From the NCBI RefSeq assembly GCF_056746865.1, contig NZ_CM163382.1: a DNA stretch of 64,000 nucleotides. One strand, written 5' to 3'. Of the stretch, positions 23,987 to 39,468 are shown piece after piece (the stretch's first letter is position 1; every line of letters starts with the position of its first letter). The translations under genes and the position numbers were made by a program. The notes beneath the pieces were generated by a model. That model searched no databases, was not told the DNA's origin, and was given only the letters and a program-made list of their open reading frames with translations.

Positions 23987-25598
23987 GAATCTCTCCTGAA
24001 GCGCTGACTTCGCCAAACCAGCCGTTATCATCTACCGTACGCAGAGAAATGGCGTTATCCATTGGAATCGAAAATTTGACTGTGGTCTTATCCATCTGCC
24101 CCACTTCGCCAGAGATATCAGTCCACGGTGTGGTCAACCACAGCGCATCGGTCATATCCCGCCAGCTATCATCGCACCCGGCATCGTAGGTTTTTGTAGC
24201 TCCGTTGCGGGTAATAAAGGAAAGTGTCGCCGGGAACGGTACTTTCGCCTTACCGTCATCGGAGCTGAAGACACAATAGGAGCGCCCGCCAATCACCTGC
24301 GCGGGTCCGGTCACCTTGATCAGCACTTCGTCGGCAGCTGTTTTACCGCTGGTGGTTACGATATAGCCGAAATCGAGTGCCGACTCGCCGCTGCCAACAT
24401 ATCCCTCCCGCGACGGTGTCTGAGTATATTCATCGGAGATAATACTGATGCTGAAATCACGGGGTTTGATAATCAGCGTGTTGGAGGTAGAAAATTCATA
24501 CCAGCCAGACTCCGGTGATGTGGTGTTCTGAAAGCGAAAGTTGAACAGATCTTTGGTGTTGATATCGCTGATCCCCAGGTTCACCATCTGCTTAAAGAAG
24601 TTGCTCGAGAAGAAAACATAGATCGAGTCTGCGCTCTTCATCTCGTTGAAGGTGTAGTAATAGGCAGTATTGCTCACCGGTTTCCATGAACTGCCATTCA
24701 GACTGAACTGCATATCGTACGCCCCGACGGCCGAGGCTAACGACGAGTTGGCGATCGCCGGGAAGATATGGATTGAGGTGTTGCTGAGTCCGTTTGTTTG
24801 CAGGGTATAGTTAACCATCTTACAACTTAATCCTGAACGGCTGCCGATGGTTTGCGTCCGGCAGTCGGCGTTCCCTTCGCCCAGAGTCGGTACTCCGTCG
24901 CTGTTGATAAACACCTCCGCCAGCGAGTGGGTATTTATCAACCGTAGATTTGCTGCTTTCGTATGGGTGACGTTGCGAACATACCAGTTGCCGGAGGCCT
25001 GATCCTTACAGCGTGCGCCGCTGCTGGCGTCATAGTTCACAGAGGTCTGGCAGGCATTGATGGTCATTGTAAAGCTGCTGCCGACGGGCATTTGTTGCAG
25101 ATACTGGTAAAACGCGTCTGACAACATGCCGTGCATCCACTTCGCGCCGCCGCTGGTCACCGTCGCGCCATAAAATCCACTGGCGTCGGTGGTTTGCGGC
25201 AGGATAAGACTGGTGGTCATATTACACCCTGCGTACCAGTTGATGCAGCGCAAGCCAGTTAAAGGAGATGAAACTGGTGAATTTTCCAGCCACATATCAA
25301 ACTTCCAGTTGGTATAAAGGCCGGTGTTGTAACCGTTATCAATGTAGCCGAGACTTTGCTGATAGATGGTTCCTGAACCATTGTATTTTAAACCGGTCCA
25401 GCGGTTGGCACCGGTCAGGCGCGGATCCAGCGCCCCGCCAGGCGTGACGAAAAAGTTGTCGTCTGAGTTGTTTTCGACAAACACAAACTCGCGTGCCGGA
25501 GCATCCGCCCAGGTTGTTTTGCTCACTGCCGCTCTGAGCGCGGTTGCAGGCCAGATTAGCGCAAAGATTATCATCGCTATCAGTAGGTTAACTCTCAT
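23955..25598 (-). CDS. ecpD: E. coli common pilus tip adhesin EcpD
   Basis: 547 aa with signal peptide; operon position. Confidence 0.88.
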   Translation of the reverse strand: MRVNLLIAMIIFALIWPATALRAAVSKTTWADAPAREFVFVENNSDDNFFVTPGGALDPRLTGANRWTGLKYNGSGTIYQQSLGYIDNGYNTGLYTNWKFDMWLENSPVSSPLTGLRCINWYAGCNMTTSLILPQTTDASGFYGATVTSGGAKWMHGMLSDAFYQYLQQMPVGSSFTMTINACQTSVNYDASSGARCKDQASGNWYVRNVTHTKAANLRLINTHSLAEVFINSDGVPTLGEGNADCRTQTIGSRSGLSCKMVNYTLQTNGLSNTSIHIFPAIANSSLASAVGAYDMQFSLNGSSWKPVSNTAYYYTFNEMKSADSIYVFFSSNFFKQMVNLGISDINTKDLFNFRFQNTTSPESGWYEFSTSNTLIIKPRDFSISIISDEYTQTPSREGYVGSGESALDFGYIVTTSGKTAADEVLIKVTGPAQVIGGRSYCVFSSDDGKAKVPFPATLSFITRNGATKTYDAGCDDSWRDMTDALWLTTPWTDISGEVGQMDKTTVKFSIPMDNAISLRTVDDNGWFGEVSASGEIHVQATWRNIN

Positions 25599-28119
25599 TC
25601 TCTTCTCCTGTCTGCGTCACCGCCGCCCACGATGAGAGGCCGCTGCAGACCACATCACCGACCCAGACGGCACCGCGCGCCTGGTTGAGTTCCAGCGCCA
25701 CTTCGCAGGTTTTATTGCCACTGTAGCGAAAATCGATAGTGGGGTATTTCTTATCCACGTCCATGACAAACTCGCCGTTTTCATCGGTTCGAGTTCGGCC
25801 GATATGGTTGTTAATCCGTGCGTTAGCCAGCAGTGTGCCGTCTTCCGCACGGATACGACCGGAGACGGTAACCATCTGCTTCACTTCTGGCTCAATGACA
25901 GCGACATTGCCTGGATAGAGAGTCAGATGACTTTTGCGGCCGCTGACGATATCGTAGCTGTCGAGTGAGTTTTTGCTGTTCTGTAACTCCACCTCATATC
26001 TCCCATAGGGAGAGAGCGGGAGATAGTTACGCTTGCCGTTAAGCGGGAAAATCCGCCCGTTGATTTTGGCGCTGATCTGACCATCGTTCTCCAGGCCAGT
26101 GTCGAATATCACCCCAGCGTTGCCATCGGTCTGCCCGCTGGCAGCGATGTTTTTACCCTGCCAGCCGATGCTGCCGTTGGCGGTCAAATTGGTATTGATG
26201 TAGCCGTCCGCCGCGCTATTGACGTTCAGCGTTCCGCTGGCGTAACGAGCGTCGAACTGTGCATACGCCCCACCGCTGAGGGTTTTGTCATCACCGGTAT
26301 CGCCGGAGATGGCTCGTGACAGATTGGCACCAACAGTGCGAATGGTTCCTTCATCAAACTGTTTGCGTGCTGACAGGTTTGCCATGGTGTAGCCGTTTTG
26401 ATGGGTCATCCCTGCGCTAAACCAGTTGCCCAGTGGTAGCGAGAGATCGAGAGCGATATATTTCCCTGTATTGGCGCTGCTGTCGCCGTTGTTATAGCGC
26501 TGAATACCGGCCCGCAGGCCAAGCGAACCAAAGGTACCGCTGTAGACACTTTGATAGTAATCTGCCGTGTAATAATGGCTGTTGTAGCGGCGGTCATCAT
26601 TGTAGCTGATGCTGAACGTACCCAGCTTCGACCACAGTGAGTTCAGGTTGAGTGTGCCGCCGATTGCACGGTTGTCGGCATCGCTACGTCGCAATTGATT
26701 GCCAATGCGGGTTTTTTCCTGGTTAACCCACAGCGAACTGAAGCCTCCAGGTAGAGTGGCGCTGATGCTGGCGATGTTGCTCCATGAGCTGTCACTGGCC
26801 AGCATGTTTTGCAGGTTAACGTTGATCGCCCCCCCAAGCGGCAGCGTCAGACGGGTTTCACCCACCGCCTGATTATCGTATCCATATCCCGTTGCCGCCC
26901 AGCTAAGCGTACTCAGTGAGCCGGAGGTCGAGGCACCTGCCAGCCAACTCTCTTTAGCTGGTCGCGTCTTTTTCCCGTTTTCCGACCAGCGATCCATATG
27001 AAAGCTACCGCCCCATATCTGCCACGCCAGTGGTGCACCGACGCCGCGCCCCCGGCTAAACAGCTTATTGACCCGTTGAGTGCGTTTGCTGATCACGCGA
27101 CCGTTAACGATGACCTCAACTTCCACATCGTAAATACCGTACGGTAGACCCCGGGTATCCACTTCATGATTGCCCATGGTGAAGTTCTGAACGCTTAGTA
27201 GCCGCCCATCACGGGTGAGATGTACTTCGCCCGCCGCCGGTAAAAAGGCGATCACTGGCGTGGCTGACTGGCTGCTGTCGAAGATGGTGGAGCTGGCCTG
27301 GTTTCCCCAGGAAAGGCCGTAAATCTTCCCTGCTGAAATGGCGGTCATCGGCCCTAAGGACTGCAAGTTCCAGGTATCGAGCATTCCACCGGCAAATCGG
27401 TGACCGGCAAAATCGCGTTCATACATCGCTTTATATAATTCACTGTCCTGTTGACCGCTACCGATCCCGTACAGCGAGCCGTCGAGCACCACGTGATGTT
27501 CGCGCAGTGCAGTAACGTTATTCAGCGACAGATAGCTGGATGTGTTGCTCCCGCCGTTACGCAACTGGTTGTTATAGACGCCGAAGTTATAGCTCAGATT
27601 ACTGCTGAGGGTGTTAACACTGGACTGCCCGATGTCTTCGCTACGTGAGCGTAGTACGGTGCCCAGCGCTTCGCGCTTGACCACCAGCTGCAGCAGCAGT
27701 TGGCGCAAGCTGAGATCCAGCTGCGCGTTGTCAGTCAGGGGGATGGTAAGGGCCTCATTGAACGGGGCGTTCGCCAGAGCCATCAGCTGCTGTCGAGTTT
27801 GTTCGCTGACACTGGCGTTATCTTCACTCTCTTCCAGCTGTATTTTCCGGATGCGTAGCTGTCCATCATCCAGCCAGATAAAAGCGCTGCCGATTCGCTG
27901 ATCGTCCTGGCGCCCCTGGCTACCGGCGAGATGAATATAAAGTGGGACGCTCATGCCGTCCTGAAGCGCCTGACTGAAGGCCTGCGGAATAATCACCCCA
28001 CCTATTTGCTGCGCACTTATGTCAGCAGCGCTGGCATCGGGCTGAACGAACAAAAAGACCATGCCGAAGGCAAACTGGGCTTTCAGTCCTGGGGAGAACC
28101 GTCGTAAAGGCATTGTCAT
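25588..28119 (-). CDS. ecpC: E. coli common pilus usher EcpC
   Basis: 843 aa outer-membrane usher-like protein. Confidence 0.88.
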   Translation of the reverse strand: MTMPLRRFSPGLKAQFAFGMVFLFVQPDASAADISAQQIGGVIIPQAFSQALQDGMSVPLYIHLAGSQGRQDDQRIGSAFIWLDDGQLRIRKIQLEESEDNASVSEQTRQQLMALANAPFNEALTIPLTDNAQLDLSLRQLLLQLVVKREALGTVLRSRSEDIGQSSVNTLSSNLSYNFGVYNNQLRNGGSNTSSYLSLNNVTALREHHVVLDGSLYGIGSGQQDSELYKAMYERDFAGHRFAGGMLDTWNLQSLGPMTAISAGKIYGLSWGNQASSTIFDSSQSATPVIAFLPAAGEVHLTRDGRLLSVQNFTMGNHEVDTRGLPYGIYDVEVEVIVNGRVISKRTQRVNKLFSRGRGVGAPLAWQIWGGSFHMDRWSENGKKTRPAKESWLAGASTSGSLSTLSWAATGYGYDNQAVGETRLTLPLGGAINVNLQNMLASDSSWSNIASISATLPGGFSSLWVNQEKTRIGNQLRRSDADNRAIGGTLNLNSLWSKLGTFSISYNDDRRYNSHYYTADYYQSVYSGTFGSLGLRAGIQRYNNGDSSANTGKYIALDLSLPLGNWFSAGMTHQNGYTMANLSARKQFDEGTIRTVGANLSRAISGDTGDDKTLSGGAYAQFDARYASGTLNVNSAADGYINTNLTANGSIGWQGKNIAASGQTDGNAGVIFDTGLENDGQISAKINGRIFPLNGKRNYLPLSPYGRYEVELQNSKNSLDSYDIVSGRKSHLTLYPGNVAVIEPEVKQMVTVSGRIRAEDGTLLANARINNHIGRTRTDENGEFVMDVDKKYPTIDFRYSGNKTCEVALELNQARGAVWVGDVVCSGLSSWAAVTQTGEENES

Positions 28120-28138
28120 TATCCATCTGCACAGCTAT

Positions 28139-28807
28139 CTATTTCACGGGAATGAACTTATCACCCTGCCAAAGTGCAACCCGTCCTTTGTTATCCGCCG
28201 TGTCCACGCGGGTAAAACGACGCGACTTGCCCGGCATCAGGTAGTAATTCTCTTTACACTCCTTACCATTGGCGGCTTTCAGGCAGGGGCCGTAGGCGAG
28301 GATCCGCAGCGTCGCATTTCCTGTATTTGTCAGGGAGCCGTTGGCGTACTGAAAGTGGTAGTTCGCCTGGCGGGGGGCGACGACCAGAATGGTGCCGATG
28401 CGGGCGGAAGCAGTGGCCACAGCGCTACGGTTGGCATTATCGCGCTGCGCATCACTGAGGGCCTGATCAAACCAGACAATGCGGTAGTAGCGCTCTTTTT
28501 CATCTGCTGGTCCCTTATAGAAGAAGCGGATCACTTCGCTGGCTTGGGCGGGTAGCAGCAAGCTGGCGGGAGTGAGTAGCAACTCATCCGGCTTGTCCAT
28601 TGCGATAACCTGCCCGTCGTCAAGCGGTGAAGAGAGCCGTTCGAGACGGATATTGATGAGGCGGCCACTGTCGGTACTGTTTTGGATCGTTTTGCTCAGC
28701 GTGCTGCTGTCACTGTTCATAAACGATGATATATCGCCGACATCCAGCGCCTGGGCCGGAGATATTCCGGAAAACAGCAGAGCGAGAGGCAGAAGGTGCT
28801 TTTTCAT
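28139..28807 (-). CDS. ecpB: E. coli common pilus chaperone EcpB
   Basis: 222 aa periplasmic chaperone-like protein with signal peptide. Confidence 0.88.
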
Positions 28808-28819
28808 AACAATTCCGTC

Positions 28820-28849
28820 CAGGAATAAAGCAGGGGGGCTACCCCTGCT
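28820..28849 (-). terminator. partial terminator hairpin between ecpA and ecpB
   Basis: 8 bp stem agcagggg/cccctgct in the ecpA-ecpB intergenic region. Confidence 0.45.
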
Positions 28850-28864
28850 GGTACATCAGAGAGA

Positions 28865-29452
28865 TTAACTGGTCCAGGTCGCGTCGAACTGTACGCTAAC
28901 GTCGCCGCTCCAGATGCCTTCCGGTAGAGTGCTGTAATCGGTTACTGCGGTGGTACCATTGGTGGTGCCGCTGATGATGGAGAAAGTGAAACCATCCTGT
29001 GCGGTGGTACGATTGCTGGCATTGTAACCGTTAGCCAGTGGGCTAAGGTTGCCGCCCAGTACGCCGTTGGCGGTATCGATCATCACGGTATCGCCAGTTT
29101 TTTCGACTGCCGCGCCGTTATAATCCACGCCCACATTCAGTGTGGAACCTGAGGTATCCAACTGGGTTAAGGTGTTGGTGATAAGACGTGAGGTCAGTTT
29201 AAAGGCGGTAGCCGTTGAGTCACCCTCGATAGCCACGTCAAATAGACCTTTCTGTGAGTTAAAACCTTTAATGCCTTCGGCATACTGGAACGCCAGGCTA
29301 CCGAGTGGCGTCACAACCAGCTTACTGGTGGTGTCTTTTTTGGCTGTTGCTGACCAGGTCGCTACAGCCTGAGCTGTTACGTCAGCAGCCTGCGCCACAC
29401 CTGAACCGGTAAACACCGTTACCAGAGCTATTGCCAGAACCTTTTTTTTCAT
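28865..29452 (-). CDS. ecpA: E. coli common pilus major pilin EcpA (MatB)
   Basis: 195 aa with signal peptide ([22 protein letters not shown]). Confidence 0.92.
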   Translation of the reverse strand: MKKKVLAIALVTVFTGSGVAQAADVTAQAVATWSATAKKDTTSKLVVTPLGSLAFQYAEGIKGFNSQKGLFDVAIEGDSTATAFKLTSRLITNTLTQLDTSGSTLNVGVDYNGAAVEKTGDTVMIDTANGVLGGNLSPLANGYNASNRTTAQDGFTFSIISGTTNGTTAVTDYSTLPEGIWSGDVSVQFDATWTS

Positions 29453-29526
29453 TGCTTTTCTTCCCGAGTTGAATTGAGGACGTGATGTCCCTGTGAGTCA
29501 TTTTTTAAAACTAACTTGCCTGGAGT

Positions 29527-30138
<612 letters not shown>

Positions 30139-30519
30139 TTACAGGTACATTCAGTTTCTTTAGTAAATCGGAAGTAAATAAGATACGTAGCACATATCAA
30201 TATAGGTTAAACGAGATTAAGTTTTAATTATTTTCGATTGGGCTTAAATTTATGTTTTTTTCCTGATGAGTGTCAATATGTGAACAGAAAAGGAATTCCA
30301 TGGTTAAGTCAATATTTACAAAAAATGAAAATATTGCTTTTTTGATAAGAAGAAAAAGACATTCAGTTTCATAAGGTTATTGGCAATATAACGTTCAATT
30401 CTTACTTGCATTTTATATTAGCCAGGAACTTTGCCCTGAGGTGTTAGGAATAGTCTTAATGTGTTGTGTAATGGACTAGTAAAAAAACAAGTTTAAATGA
30501 TAAGAAATAGAATATAAAA

Positions 30520-30747
30520 CTATAATGAGTCATAATTAAAGATGATTTGCCAATCAGTAAAGTGTTTTAATGGATTAACATGCCGCACAAAATGGTTATG
30601 GGTGTTCATTCCAATAAGTGATGAAAAATTAAACAGGTGTAAGTACGTCATCTGTCCGGTAAGCCCCCTAAGAGCCAAATTAAGTGAAGTTAAACGAAGA
30701 CTGCCAGTTGTCACAGGAACGATGGCCTCTTTGCCAGGGCACTGCAT
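30520..30747 (-). CDS. hypothetical 75 aa protein (position and length match ykgL of K-12 from memory)
   Basis: ORF only; no strong RBS or domain signal. Confidence 0.3.
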   Translation of the reverse strand: MQCPGKEAIVPVTTGSLRLTSLNLALRGLTGQMTYLHLFNFSSLIGMNTHNHFVRHVNPLKHFTDWQIIFNYDSL

Positions 30748-31153
30748 TCAGTCATCTGTGCGCGTTACTCTAACTGGCACTCGAACGTCGGCGATGGGGT
30801 TACCGGTGGATCAGGCCGTTCCTGTGGCGTAAACGTTTTTATGTCAGTACCAACAGATTTACCACATTTATCATCTTAACCGTTTGAGTGTAAATGCAGG
30901 CTGCGTCGCAAAGGGAGGAAACTGAGTGGCGTGTTCAGTCTAAAAGAGAGTTGATGCCAGCATACAGGGCGCACCTGGTCAACAAGTCAACATTAATATA
31001 ATGGAATATTCGGAGAGAAACGTCAGGCAGTTGACCTTAAATGAACAGGAAGATACATCCCCAGGAAAATTAATGCTGGTGTAATAAATACACCAACATT
31101 AATCCGGTCTGATTATTAATCAGACAAATATCGTTAATTCGTCGAATTTTGAA

Positions 31154-31294
31154 TCAACGTTTTTTCTTACGACCCTGAACGGCCTTAAAACGTGGATTAG
31201 ATTTACAAATCACATATAGCCGTCCTTTTCGCTTCACAATCTGACAGTCTGGATGGCGTTCTTTTGCGGTACGCAGAGAGTTAAGGACTTTCAT
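31154..31294 (-). CDS. ykgO: 50S ribosomal protein L36 paralog (zinc-independent type)
   Basis: 46 aa [46 protein letters not shown] read directly; absent from the ORF track (<60 aa); start overlaps ykgM stop (ATGA). Confidence 0.85.
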   Translation of the reverse strand: MKVLNSLRTAKERHPDCQIVKRKGRLYVICKSNPRFKAVQGRKKKR

Positions 31295-31557
31295 CATGCC
31301 CCCTTTTTCGTGCTAACAAAACGACCAAAACGTTGGGTGAATCGTGCAACATTTCCTTCTGATGCCACTGTTCTCAGCTTCCCTGTATAGAACGGGTGCG
31401 ATTTAGAAGAGACATCAATTGTCACGTACGGATACGTTACGCCATCCAGCTCAATCTCACGGTCTGTTTTGATAGTCGAGCCGATTTTAAAGTACTCATC
31501 AACACTGGTGTCATGGAACACCACAGTACGATACTCAGGATGGATATTGGGTTTCAT
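31294..31557 (-). CDS. ykgM: 50S ribosomal protein L31 type B
   Basis: 87 aa ([23 protein letters not shown]...); no Cys zinc ribbon, consistent with the zinc-independent paralog. Confidence 0.9.
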
Positions 31558-31568
31558 CATTTTTACCT

Positions 31569-31586
31569 GTTATGTTATAACATAAC
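31569..31586. promoter_or_regulatory. Zur box upstream of ykgM
   Basis: perfect 18 bp palindrome GTTATGTTATAACATAAC immediately upstream of the ykgM start. Confidence 0.7.
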
Positions 31587-31921
31587 CGTAAAGATACATG
31601 CTCATCCGGATCATTTCAACACCCAATCCCTGTGACCATTTGTGGTATGTGGAATTTCCTCAACGGGGAAGTCTGGCATTGTTAACAGCCATTGGCTGAC
31701 GCTCCCATAAACGCCTGGATGAGTGATTGATGATGGTTTCGCTGAGAGTATGGATTTTTCGAGAATGGAGGTTATCTCCACTTTACTGGCCGATGATTTA
31801 TCGCAGTATGATTGATTACCTGACAGCGTGTATTCCTCTCCCACGGATATAATAATTACTTACAAAAAGGGAGAGGATGCATATTTTAAATATCACTGAA
31901 GTGAACAGTTTATTGCCGTTA

Positions 31922-32023
31922 TTAATAGAAATGGAAAAATAAATAGGCGTATTCTACAATTGCGACAAAAACAACGATATTAATCAGTTTATGACTGATT
32001 TGTTGTACTTTATTCTCTTTCAT
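31922..32023 (-). CDS. ykgR: small membrane protein YkgR (33 aa)
   Basis: MKENKVQQISHKLINIVVFVAIVEYAYLFFHFY read from the minus strand; hydrophobic core; not in the ORF track. Confidence 0.6.
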   Translation of the reverse strand: MKENKVQQISHKLINIVVFVAIVEYAYLFFHFY

Positions 32024-32496
32024 TGGTACTTCCTCGCTTTAAAAAAGAGTGCACTTCGTAAGTGCCCTTATATAAATAACGAGTTTGGTCAACCAATTTT
32101 TTGACATGTATCACAAATTTGAATAGATGTATTACATCAACTATCTTTTATTGCCCCAACGTCATTGATATATGTCGCCTGAAGTCAGTTCCGGGAATGA
32201 GTCTGATCTCAAGACAGGCCCAGTCCTGGCGTTGATTAGCGCTGAGGAGCATATCGCATCTCATCATAATGTCGTATCTCCTGGGGTGTTATACAAGATA
32301 TCGTTGTTGGTGACCTGGGAGAGGAATTGAGTTCTATTAAACCGTCAACTATGCCGGATACATACTGGATTACACAGCAGGCACGCCTTATGAGAGAACG
32401 TGCCGCAGTGACGGGTTAATTATCTGAAAGAATTTGCGAGGCTGTATCGGTTACTCATTGGTTTGATAGTTTTACACTCGGGAGAGTAATAGATAT

Positions 32497-33639
32497 TTAA
32501 TCCATTAACGGAAACCAGCCAGTTCCTTTCGATGCCTGAATTTGATCCCATAGTTTATCCGGAATGGTTAATTCAGGAACAAGTTGTGGATTAAGGGTTG
32601 TTTGAATTTCATGGCTTCTACCTGATTCAGCTAAAGTCACCCATTCTGGATTTATCACCAGCCCTTTACCGATCGCAACAAGTGGCAGGCCAGTGGAAAT
32701 TGCTTCTTGAGCCTGAGACGGTGTGCGTATTTTACCTGCAGCGATTACCGGCACTCTGCCTGCAATATGATTTAAAATCAATTCAATAGTTCGGGGGCCA
32801 TTTGGCGACTCAACAGGGTAGCTATCGTTAATACTGACCAGCGAGGTATGTATATACGAAATACCGGATGCAATGAGCCGATCAAGGAGTTTATAAGTAT
32901 CCTCTATCCGCAGCCCCCCTGTTGCAGATTCTTCAGGAGATATTCTGTAACCGATGGCAAAGGGCTTTGTCGCATATTCATAGACTACATTTTTTACTTC
33001 CTGTAATACGGCCAGCGGGAATCGCATACGTCTTTCGAGATCTCCTCCCCATCGGTCATTACGCTGGTTAAATAGAGGGGAGAAGAAATTCTGTAGAAGG
33101 AATCCGTGCGCACCATGAAGTTCAATGCCATCAAAACCTGCTTTAATCGCCCTTTTTGTGACATCTCCGAATGCTCTAATGGTTTCCTGAATTTCGTTTT
33201 CAGTCATTTCCCTGCTTTGTACCACTCTCTTCATAAAGTCACCAGATTTTACGCTTGATGCGCTGGCACTAATAACATCGTTATTTGGTACAAGCTCCGG
33301 GATGGCTTTATTACCGGCGTGGAAAATCTGCAAAATAGCCGGAGCACCGCCACTTTTGGCTGCCGCTGCTAACTTTTCAAGGCTGTTAATGAAACGGTCG
33401 TCATACGCGGCAAATTCATGAGTAAACCCAATGCCGCTTGGCGTGACATAGGTACATCCTGTTATTACTAAACCAACATTTTGTGAGCGACGTTTATAAA
33501 ATTCGAGTTCTTGCTCAGAGATGGTTCCATCAGGATTCGCTGACCAGGTCGTCATAGGAGCCATAACGATACGATTACGTAGCTTTATTTTTTCTGTCAG
33601 CATAAAAGGAGAAAACAATGATGGGTGTTTATTTGTCAT
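32497..33639 (-). CDS. NADH:flavin oxidoreductase, Old Yellow Enzyme family
   Basis: 380 aa; OYE-like TIM-barrel signature (RIVMAPM, LQIFHAGN, GFDGIELHGAHGFLL); GAGG RBS. Confidence 0.85.
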   Translation of the reverse strand: MTNKHPSLFSPFMLTEKIKLRNRIVMAPMTTWSANPDGTISEQELEFYKRRSQNVGLVITGCTYVTPSGIGFTHEFAAYDDRFINSLEKLAAAAKSGGAPAILQIFHAGNKAIPELVPNNDVISASASSVKSGDFMKRVVQSREMTENEIQETIRAFGDVTKRAIKAGFDGIELHGAHGFLLQNFFSPLFNQRNDRWGGDLERRMRFPLAVLQEVKNVVYEYATKPFAIGYRISPEESATGGLRIEDTYKLLDRLIASGISYIHTSLVSINDSYPVESPNGPRTIELILNHIAGRVPVIAAGKIRTPSQAQEAISTGLPLVAIGKGLVINPEWVTLAESGRSHEIQTTLNPQLVPELTIPDKLWDQIQASKGTGWFPLMD

Positions 33640-33883
33640 AACAATACCTCAAATGTTTATCTGATTTTGATGCGTATGTTTTAACTGGTTAGTTGTTGCC
33701 AGCTTTGGAACCAAGGTTTATGGCTTTATTTATAATTCCTTCAAAGGGTTTCTAATAATCTTAATAATTGAGTTGCTGCTTTTTTGTTTCTTTAATGAAA
33801 TTTCTTTTTGAGTAATTTTATTATTGTTGTGTAGTCAATAAAGGATAAATGTCAGGGAGATAAGGAATCTCCCTGTAAGATTA

Positions 33884-34804
33884 TTACAAATGTGTTTTAT
33901 AAAAAGGAATTAATTTATCGAGTGCCTGTTTCACAGGTTCTGGCTTATCATACAGGTCGTAATGTGAATAACCTTCAACCACGACCAGCTCTTTATGTTT
34001 TGAGGCAGCGCGGCCAATAATTTCGCAGCCGTCACGGTAGGCACCAAATGCGCCCACTCTATCGCCCACCACAACCATTATTGGTTGAGTTAACAGGACT
34101 TCTGCAAGATGAAATGCATCCCAACCCACGGCAACAGTCTGATGTGAGAATAGCGAACGATTTACCCCATTAGGTGCACAGCCTCGTGGCGAACGATAAT
34201 ATTCTGTGGCTTCAAAAAGGTCTATTTCTGTTAATCCCGCTTCAAGAGCTGCATCCGGAGAAGAGGGGAGTAAATCATCTACGCGAAGTTTTGCGCCGTT
34301 AGCTTCGTCTGTTCTTTGTTGCGCCATTGCTTCGAGTGCTCCGATAGGATTAAACGCTGTAAATCCCTCACGCATAAGACGCCCGTAGTTTGCACCCGTG
34401 ACAGTACCAATAGCTTTAATTCGACGTTCTGTCATTGCGGCATTAATGGCATATCCACCTCCACCACAAATACCCAGTACACCAATACGCCCGGCATCAA
34501 CGTAAGGTAAGGTGGTAAGGTAATCAACGACAATGCTGAAGTCTTTTACTCGCATTGTTGGATCTTCCAGATAACGCGGTTCTCCACCGCTGCTTCCCTG
34601 AAAACTGGCATCAAAAGCAATGACGATAAAGCCAGCTTTTGCCAGGGCGGCACCATACACACTACCCGATGTTTGTTCTTTGCAGCTTCCAATTGGATGG
34701 GCGCTGATAATGGCAGGATACTTTTTTTCACTATTAAAATCGTCAGGGAAATAGATATCAGCAGCTATATCCCAGTAAGTATGTTTTATCGAAACAGTTT
34801 TCAT
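33884..34804 (-). CDS. alpha/beta-fold hydrolase, dienelactone-hydrolase-like (Cys nucleophile elbow GICGGGG)
   Basis: 306 aa; no signal peptide; paralog of the 12713-13849 product. Confidence 0.82.
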   Translation of the reverse strand: MKTVSIKHTYWDIAADIYFPDDFNSEKKYPAIISAHPIGSCKEQTSGSVYGAALAKAGFIVIAFDASFQGSSGGEPRYLEDPTMRVKDFSIVVDYLTTLPYVDAGRIGVLGICGGGGYAINAAMTERRIKAIGTVTGANYGRLMREGFTAFNPIGALEAMAQQRTDEANGAKLRVDDLLPSSPDAALEAGLTEIDLFEATEYYRSPRGCAPNGVNRSLFSHQTVAVGWDAFHLAEVLLTQPIMVVVGDRVGAFGAYRDGCEIIGRAASKHKELVVVEGYSHYDLYDKPEPVKQALDKLIPFYKTHL

Positions 34805-34960
34805 TTCAAGCTCCGGGGAATTGCCTAAACAGATTTAAATATCATTTCTATTATCCGCAACTGGCATTCGTGTTCATGTCGAGAACGGCGTAATAGTATG
34901 ACTTGTATTGGTTATCATCAATGGTCTAATATCTATCACAGTGTTAAGTTAAGGTTTACA

Positions 34961-35887
34961 ATGATGAAAATAGAGCCTTCAATTTTGCCTTCTCTTGCCT
35001 GGTTTGCGCTGATTGTTCGTGCCGGCAGTTTTTCCAGAGCCGCTTCTGAAATGGGTATTACGCGGGCCGCATTGTCCCAGAATTTAAAATCTCTTGAGGA
35101 ACGTCTTAACACCAAGCTGATATACCGTACGACCCGCAATATGTCGCTTACTGAGGAAGGACAGCGTCTGTATGAAGTGCTGGTGTCGGCTTTGGGGCAA
35201 ATTGATGATGCTTTGAAAGATGTTGGTGATACCCAACTTGAACCTACAGGCCTGTTGAGAATAAATTCCTCCCGTGTTGCAGCACGGATGCTTGTTGAGC
35301 CTCATATTGGCGAGTTTCTTACTCGTTACCCCAAAACAAAGATAGAACTCATTATGGATGACGGTTTATCTAACATTATTGCGGACGGCTGTGATGTGGG
35401 CATACGTCTTGAGCAAGGACTGGATGAGCATATGACTGCCATTCCTGTTTCTCCGCTTATTAAACTGGTTACTGTGGCATCGCCAGATTATTTAAAAGAG
35501 CACGGTATTCCTGAAACGCCTCAGGAACTGAGTAACCATAATTGCCTTCGGTTGCGGCATAAAAGTAGTGGTGCACTCTCTGCATGGGAGTTTTCTAATG
35601 TTGCGGGGGGTAATGAAGAGTTCGAAATAGAGGTTTCAGGTAAGTATATTTCTAATGATGACGAAAGCATGATACGAATGGCGCTGAATGGAACGGGTAT
35701 CATTCAACATCTGGATTTTGCAATCGCTGAACATATCAATGCGGGCAAGTTACAGCCGATTCTTGAGGATTGGGCTGTTTCATTTCCTGGATTTTATATT
35801 TATGTTTCATCACGGGTGAGAATGCCCTCTAAAGTTCGTGCTTTTATTGATTTTATGGTGGAGAAAAGAGTAAAACTCGAAAATTGA
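34961..35887 (+). CDS. LysR-family transcriptional regulator
   Basis: about 309 aa from MMKIEPS...; HTH FSRAASEMGITRAALSQNLKSLE; divergent from the hydrolase. Confidence 0.82.
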   Translation: MMKIEPSILPSLAWFALIVRAGSFSRAASEMGITRAALSQNLKSLEERLNTKLIYRTTRNMSLTEEGQRLYEVLVSALGQIDDALKDVGDTQLEPTGLLRINSSRVAARMLVEPHIGEFLTRYPKTKIELIMDDGLSNIIADGCDVGIRLEQGLDEHMTAIPVSPLIKLVTVASPDYLKEHGIPETPQELSNHNCLRLRHKSSGALSAWEFSNVAGGNEEFEIEVSGKYISNDDESMIRMALNGTGIIQHLDFAIAEHINAGKLQPILEDWAVSFPGFYIYVSSRVRMPSKVRAFIDFMVEKRVKLEN

Positions 35888-36042
35888 TGATATGTGTAAT
35901 TGATGGTTGCTCTGGGCGAATATCGGTAAGAGGAATAACGTAATCATTAGGACGCGTTTACATAATAAACTTTCTGATAATTAATACTTATTTTCTATAC
36001 GGCCATAATATCAATTATCATTATCACCGGTAATGTGGTTAA

Positions 36043-38918
<2,876 letters not shown>

Positions 38919-39355
38919 TTATCGTTCATGAGAAGCATAACGTAAAGGGAAGAGCTCGATTAGACGGCAGGATTTGTCAGGGGTTATGAACGAAATTCAT
39001 AAATCTGCTTGAGTGTTGCGATGAGTCGTGCAAGTTCGATATCCCTGCAATTCACAGTCTGATGAAGAAAAATGAATATCCATAAAAAATATATTGGTTT
39101 ATCCTGGTGTATATACCTACTTCGACGTATTCCCAATAGCGATTAATTAAAGACAGGTCATTATTATTCACTCTTAATAATGAATTATTCACTGCCCGCA
39201 GAGTAAGAAATATAACTTAAGTATCTATTTAATAACTTGCACAAAAAGCTAAATTTTCACCAATAAATAAAAATATAATCCCGCGCCCAACCACCTGATG
39301 AGTGGCTACAGACACTGGATATATTAGGTGGCGGTGTACTTTCTTACATAAAGGT

Positions 39356-39400
39356 ATTTCCTTTTCTGCGGAAAAGGAAATCGGGGATTTCCCGGTTTTT
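39356..39400 (+). terminator. terminator-like tandem hairpins plus U-tract in the eaeH leader
   Basis: 11 bp perfect stem atttccttttc-tgcg-gaaaaggaaat, then cggg-gattt-cccg, then gttttt; about 70 nt upstream of the eaeH start. Confidence 0.4.
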
Positions 39401-39468
39401 CTGACAAGCAGACGCCACTATTTGTGTCTGCCTATGTTCGTTAATTCGTTCATCAGGAAATTATCTCA

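Noticed and set aside
31611-31844. 77 aa ORF between ykgM and ykgR
   Set aside because: No RBS, low-complexity Ser-rich translation, and the region is absent from the paralogous thrW-proximal copy; more likely non-coding promoter sequence.
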